NCBI RefSeq assembly: GCF_022807975.1
Contig: NZ_CP094358.1
Span: 4,124,171 to 4,188,170, forward strand
DNA length: 64,000 nt
Source of the DNA: Abyssalbus ytuae
GTDB lineage: Bacteria; Bacteroidota; Bacteroidia; Flavobacteriales; Flavobacteriaceae
Direction of reading: 5' to 3'
Shown here: positions 59,859 through 64,000 of the stretch, piece by piece
How positions within the stretch are numbered: the first letter of the stretch is position 1
How the letters are laid out: each line of letters opens with the position of its first letter
Position numbers and translations under genes: made by a program
Notes under the pieces: generated by a model
The model's database searches: none
Seen by the model: only the letters and a program-made list of their open reading frames with translations
Told to the model about the DNA's origin: nothing

Positions 59859-60323
59859 TTATTTTACAAACAGTCTTTCGTCAAATTCAAAAAGTTCTGT
59901 TTCCAGAATTTTTACTTTGGAAAAATCCTTGTGATACGGATTGATAAGATAGTTATAATCTCCCTTCACAATTGCAGAAGGTACTTTTATTAACAGGTAT
60001 TTATTTTCCCTTATAAAGTTATCTCCTATTATTTGAGTAGAATTAGGGTGAGGCAAGGATTTCCAGTTTTCGGGGAGTTCACTTTTTTTTAATTGATAAA
60101 TAATTGATTTGTTATCAGGAATTTCAATTTTTAATATATGGTAGTCTAAGGGAATATTACCCAAAGGTGTATGAACTGCTATTTCTATAGTACATAATGC
60201 CCTTGAATTACAGGTATAAACTACAGCAGTCCCTTTACTATTCCACCTCCCTCCTGCTTTTTCCGCACCTTTTCCGCTAAGGTCAGTTTTATATTTTTCC
60301 TTACAAAGACGGTAAACGATCAT
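59859..60323 (-). CDS. RES-domain toxin, a putative NAD+-degrading toxin.
   Basis: RES signature in GGRWNSKGTAVVYTCNSRALCTIEIAVH, with Arg, Glu and Ser spaced as in the RES fold. Confidence 0.75.
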   Translation of the reverse strand: MIVYRLCKEKYKTDLSGKGAEKAGGRWNSKGTAVVYTCNSRALCTIEIAVHTPLGNIPLDYHILKIEIPDNKSIIYQLKKSELPENWKSLPHPNSTQIIGDNFIRENKYLLIKVPSAIVKGDYNYLINPYHKDFSKVKILETELFEFDERLFVK

Positions 60324-60751
60324 GCTAATACGCCGTATTCTATACGGGTTAATTCATCTTTTAAGAGGCTTATACCAAAGGTGTTGTCCAGAAGTTCTTT
60401 GGGTTTTATACCTCCTATGGCAAGATTAATGGTATCTAACCACTCATTAAACTTTTCTTTATTACCAAATACTTCTACTCCATGTTTATACAAAAGAGTT
60501 ACTTCAAGAATTTTTTCGGTATGGATGGGGTCGAAAGCTTTTTTTTCACGTTTATAACGCTGCATGGTTCTTTCTGAAATATGTAAAAACCCCGACCACT
60601 CATTAAGTGTAAACGGACTTTTTTCGGTAAGGGCAAGAAATTTATTAAATTCTATGCCTTTTCTTACGGCTTTTATTAAAAAAAGGATATCCCTGTCATC
60701 TATAGAACCATAAGAAAAACGGGGGTTGTTAAGATCTAATGCTTCTTCCAT
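60320..60751 (-). CDS. Xre/MbcA/ParS-type antitoxin (DUF2384) paired with the RES toxin.
   Basis: It sits immediately upstream of the RES gene with a 4-bp overlap. Its size and its helical C-terminal toxin-binding domain fit DUF2384. The ORF-track start at 60799 is probably too far upstream, and M17 (60751) is preferred. Confidence 0.6.
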   Translation of the reverse strand: MEEALDLNNPRFSYGSIDDRDILFLIKAVRKGIEFNKFLALTEKSPFTLNEWSGFLHISERTMQRYKREKKAFDPIHTEKILEVTLLYKHGVEVFGNKEKFNEWLDTINLAIGGIKPKELLDNTFGISLLKDELTRIEYGVLA

Positions 60752-60890
60752 GGTTAATTTTTTGTAAATATACGAAAATTGTCGTAAAAAAAACGACAAA
60801 TGGCATTTAATTTATCTGAGGCACAAAAAAGCTCAGAATGGCATTGTAATTGTGGCGTAGTTAATAATTAACATTAAAAAGCCACAACAT

Positions 60891-61436
60891 ATGAAAACTT
60901 CAGTAAACCCTGTAAACGCAGGTTCTATGGCAGATATTGCCTTTTTATTATTAATTTTCTTTTTAGTCAGTACTACCATACAAAATGATGTAGGAATTAA
61001 TCAAAAACTCCCAGCCCGATGTGAAGGGGATTGTACCGGAAATATTAAAGAAAATAATATTCTGGAAATTTCCCTTAATAAAATGAACCAGGTAATGGTA
61101 AAGGGTAAAATTATCCCTTTTCAGGAACTTAAAGAAGCCCTTATTACTTTTGTTGATAATAATAAGGATAAAAGCTGTACTTATTGTAATGGAAAAAGCA
61201 TAAAAACTTTATCAGACCATCCTACAAAAGCTGTTATTTCATTAAAAACGGACAGAGAAACCTCGTATAAAACTTTTGTGACGGTTCAGAATATACTTGC
61301 CGGGGGATATAACGAACTACGAAATACCTATGCATTAAAAATATATGATAAGGGATTGGAAGATTTAAATGAGAAGGAATTAAAAGAAGTACAAAAGGCC
61401 TACCCAAAAGTAATTTCGGAGGCTGAAGTTAATTAG
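60891..61436 (+). CDS. exbD: ExbD/TolR-family biopolymer transport protein with an extended C-terminus.
   Basis: N-terminal segment SMADIAFLLLIFFLVSTT, followed by the ExbD periplasmic domain. Confidence 0.6.
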   Translation: MKTSVNPVNAGSMADIAFLLLIFFLVSTTIQNDVGINQKLPARCEGDCTGNIKENNILEISLNKMNQVMVKGKIIPFQELKEALITFVDNNKDKSCTYCNGKSIKTLSDHPTKAVISLKTDRETSYKTFVTVQNILAGGYNELRNTYALKIYDKGLEDLNEKELKEVQKAYPKVISEAEVN

Positions 61437-62284
61437 CTTTTATATTCATGTAATACGAGGTAAGGTATCTTGATGTGAAAACTTATTTCTTCTACCCTGG
61501 GTTTACCAAATAGGCGCTCAAAAAAACTATGGTGTTTGGCTATTATACAAAGCATGTCTATATCCCTGCTTTGCGTAAAAACACGTGTTGCAGTTTCAAG
61601 TGATACACGTGTCAGGGTATGGAAACTATGATTAATATTACCCAGCATCTCATCAAGATACCTTTTTATTTGCTCCTGATCTTTGGTTAGTTGGTCTTTG
61701 GTATCAAGAGCATGTAAAATTTTTACAGACGCATTAAATTTTTCCGCTATTTCAGTCAGAGGTTTTAATTCCCCTTTTTCACAGTAGTAATCATAATCGG
61801 TGGCAAATGCTATTTCCTTTAAGGGTTTAAAAACAGCTTTTTCGGGTATGGCCAGCACCGGACATTTAACATGTCCTATTACTCCTGCCGCATTGCTTCC
61901 TATAATTACTTCTTTTATACCACTAGCTCCTTTTGTACCCATTACAATAATATCTATATTATAATCGGCTACTATTGTTTTTACAGCCCCAAGGAAAAAA
62001 TCGTATTCTGAGATGGTTTCAAACTGATGTTTTACATTGCTGAAATTGCCGGTAACTTTTTTTAAAACATTTTTAAGTCCGTCTTCCGAAGCTTTTTTGG
62101 CAATATCGAGTAATGCTTTTGTAGTAGTAGCAGATGTTATGGGGTTTGAAGGTTGAGTAAGCGGAGGTGAATAAGCATTGAGTAAATAAAATTTACACTC
62201 CTCATCTTTAAATATCTGAAGAGCGTATTCTATTGCGTTCCAGGCATTATCAGAAAAATCCGTAGGTAGCAATATATTTTTCAT
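61433..62284 (-). CDS. Tandem universal stress protein (UspA family).
   Basis: Two Usp domains (IDIIVMGTKGASG... and MLCIIAKHHS). Confidence 0.7.
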   Translation of the reverse strand: MKNILLPTDFSDNAWNAIEYALQIFKDEECKFYLLNAYSPPLTQPSNPITSATTTKALLDIAKKASEDGLKNVLKKVTGNFSNVKHQFETISEYDFFLGAVKTIVADYNIDIIVMGTKGASGIKEVIIGSNAAGVIGHVKCPVLAIPEKAVFKPLKEIAFATDYDYYCEKGELKPLTEIAEKFNASVKILHALDTKDQLTKDQEQIKRYLDEMLGNINHSFHTLTRVSLETATRVFTQSRDIDMLCIIAKHHSFFERLFGKPRVEEISFHIKIPYLVLHEYKS

Positions 62285-62394
62285 ATACTAAAAGCTTAAT
62301 TGTCATAAAGTTATCTTCAAAAATATTTTATTACTATGACAAATATCATCTTAATAAAAATTCAGTGAAATATTTGAGGTTAAGCTGGTGTTGT

Positions 62395-62428
62395 ATCAAC
62401 CTTTCAGGTTTTAAAACCTGAAAGGTTG
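62395..62428 (-). terminator. Bidirectional hairpin terminator.
   Basis: Perfect 15-bp inverted repeat tcaacctttcaggtttt/aaaacctgaaaggttga. Confidence 0.6.
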
Positions 62429-62454
62429 ATATTTATTATTAAAGAAACAGTTAT

Positions 62455-63270
62455 TTACTGGTTCCCTAATATAATCGGCAATCCGTTTTCACCACTACCG
62501 ATTACCACAATTTTACTATTTGCGGATTCTGCCAGTTTATTGGTAGCTTCAATACCTTTATCCTGCAAAATTTTATCGGTTAGCGAGGCACTTAATATGG
62601 TATTCGCATCGGCTTTACCTTTTGCTTCTATACGTTGCCTTTCGGCTTCTTTTTGTGCTGTTACCAGTCGGAATTCATACTCCAGGGACTCTTGTTCCTG
62701 TTTTAATTTACGTTCTATTGCATCTTTAATAGTTGACGGTAATTCTACATCCCTAACCAGGATTTCGTTTAGTTTAACATATTGATTGGCAAGTATATTA
62801 TCAGTTTCTATTTGGATCTCTTCCTGGATAGCGTCTCTTTTGGATGAGTACAGTTGCTCGGGAGTATATCTTCCCACCACACTCCTGGAAGCAGATCTTA
62901 TGGCCGGCTTTATTATTCTTTCCACATAATTTTCTCCCTTTTCCTGATGAAGTTTGCCCAGGCTTTCGTATTCCGGCTGATACCATGCTGTTGCATCGAG
63001 TTTTATACCAAGCCCGTTTGATGATAAAACCTGCATTGTTTCCGACAGTTCCTGTTGTCGTACCTCATAAACGTACACTTTATTCCAGGGGGCCACTAAA
63101 TGAAATCCTTCACTTAGAGGAGGTTGATCCGTTACTACCCCACCGCCAAATGTTTTGTATAAAACACCGGCTTCTCCTGACCCGATGGTGATAGCAGATT
63201 TAGAAATTAAAATAATTATTGCTATTAACAAGATTATAACCGGGATCCCGATTTTTGGTAATTTGTCCAT
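62455..63270 (-). CDS. SPFH/band-7 (prohibitin/HflC-like) protein.
   Basis: An N-terminal TM segment. SPFH core GEAGVLYKTFGGGV...VRQQELSETMQVLSSNGLGIKLDATAWY. Coiled-coil tail KQEQESLEYEFRLVTAQKEAERQRIEAKGKADA. Confidence 0.7.
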   Translation of the reverse strand: MDKLPKIGIPVIILLIAIIILISKSAITIGSGEAGVLYKTFGGGVVTDQPPLSEGFHLVAPWNKVYVYEVRQQELSETMQVLSSNGLGIKLDATAWYQPEYESLGKLHQEKGENYVERIIKPAIRSASRSVVGRYTPEQLYSSKRDAIQEEIQIETDNILANQYVKLNEILVRDVELPSTIKDAIERKLKQEQESLEYEFRLVTAQKEAERQRIEAKGKADANTILSASLTDKILQDKGIEATNKLAESANSKIVVIGSGENGLPIILGNQ

Positions 63271-63285
63271 TTTAAATATTTTTAT

Positions 63286-64000
63286 TTAGATTAATCCATT
63301 ATATTTTCGAAGAAACCATTCTGCAGACAAAGATAAGACTATTAAAGCCAACAACCATTTCCAGTCAATTAAAGGAACAATAGTTTCTTTACTTTTTTGT
63401 ACCGGTTTAAACCTTTCGTCATTCAGTAAGGAATTAAAAAGATTCCGGCTCTTTGCTGTAAAGAACATTTCTCCTTTAGTATTTGTAGCTAAACTTTGCA
63501 GTTTTGTTACATCAGCATTTAAAAATTGTTTTTCCACTTCAAAGTCGAGTATGGAAAAAGTTCCTGATTTTGAAATTTTTTCTGCTGAGGCTGCAATTGT
63601 AAATTCATATTCTGCTGCCGGCAATGAATTAAGCTCTACCTGGTAATAATTGTTTTTTAAAAGCATCGGAAAACCGTATACTTTCCCCGTGTTTTTATTG
63701 GTAAGGGTGATTTGCAATGATGCATGAGGATTAAAAGTATAATTTTTGTCGAAAAATCCGGCAGAAATTATCACATCACTTTTACCGTAATAAAAAGATT
63801 CATAATCAACCACAAGCCTTTCTCTTTTTTTTCTGGAGGCTAAAAACTGGATAAGTTTTCCGAAAAAATCATCAAAAGGTTCAAAGCTTTTATTATCCAA
63901 AAAACTTTGTGCCCTCCATCTCCATAATCCTTCACCTTCCAGTAAAGCCCCTCTTATTCCCTGCTCTTCAACAACAGACAACAGAGATTGGGAAGTTTCC
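63286..64000 (-). CDS. Hypothetical membrane-anchored protein. The N-terminus runs off the window end and the gene is co-directional with the SPFH gene.
   Basis: ORF open to the window edge with a C-terminal TM (WKWLLALIVLSLSAEWF). Confidence 0.4.
   Translation of the reverse strand, partial: ETSQSLLSVVEEQGIRGALLEGEGLWRWRAQSFLDNKSFEPFDDFFGKLIQFLASRKKRERLVVDYESFYYGKSDVIISAGFFDKNYTFNPHASLQITLTNKNTGKVYGFPMLLKNNYYQVELNSLPAAEYEFTIAASAEKISKSGTFSILDFEVEKQFLNADVTKLQSLATNTKGEMFFTAKSRNLFNSLLNDERFKPVQKSKETIVPLIDWKWLLALIVLSLSAEWFLRKYNGLI

Noticed and set aside
1-64000. rRNA genes, an integrase or recombinase, and integron-type attC sites
   Set aside because: No rRNA-like conserved stretches are seen. 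No tyrosine or serine recombinase motifs occur in any ORF. The post-stop TATGTAAAATAGAA elements are not the imperfect palindromes expected of attC sites.

Overview
This is an AT-rich Bacteroidota-style segment, probably Flavobacteriia, judging from TAnnTTTG -7 promoter motifs, lipoprotein signals and a general lack of Shine-Dalgarno sequences. It falls into three parts.

(1) Positions 1-13.1 kb read as ordinary chromosome. They hold a TonB-receptor fragment, an MbnP/MbnH-like copper-protein and di-heme peroxidase pair with an outer-membrane barrel, an orphan ParD antitoxin, a DUF2254 protein, a cupin, an SDR reductase, an AraC regulator, and an arsR / LMW-PTP-like arsC / ACR3 arsenic operon.

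(2) Positions 13.1-20.9 kb are unusual. A mosaic tandem-repeat array of about 247, 280 and 510 bp modules lies on both sides of a translationally coupled pair of unknown genes. The cassette also carries a duplicated iteron-like microsatellite segment and a GC-rich palindrome-rich leader, followed by one more unknown gene.

(3) Positions 20.9-55.3 kb are a mosaic defense and mobilome island bounded by two paralogous XRE repressors. Its contents are:
- an HNH endonuclease;
- a 787-aa deoxyribosyltransferase/TIR-like plus P-loop NTPase fusion, the best candidate for an undescribed single-gene defense system;
- an RtcB-PrfH-TPR ribosome/RNA-repair operon next to a cluster of broken tRNA genes;
- a TetR / ABC / HlyD / TolC exporter;
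- an extremely AT-rich phage-like block with an ImmA/IrrE peptidase, an XRE regulator and a possibly AbiV-like gene;
- an IS transposase remnant;
- a Cys-rich peptide with a membrane thioredoxin and an ABC ATPase;
- a canonical Gabija system, GajA plus GajB.

The island cassettes are punctuated by recurring intergenic repeat families and a conserved post-stop TATGTAAAATAGAA motif.

The last stretch, 55.3-64 kb, holds an SLC13 transporter, two tandem universal stress proteins, a YceI protein, a thioredoxin, a RES-Xre toxin-antitoxin pair, ExbD and a prohibitin-like SPFH protein.
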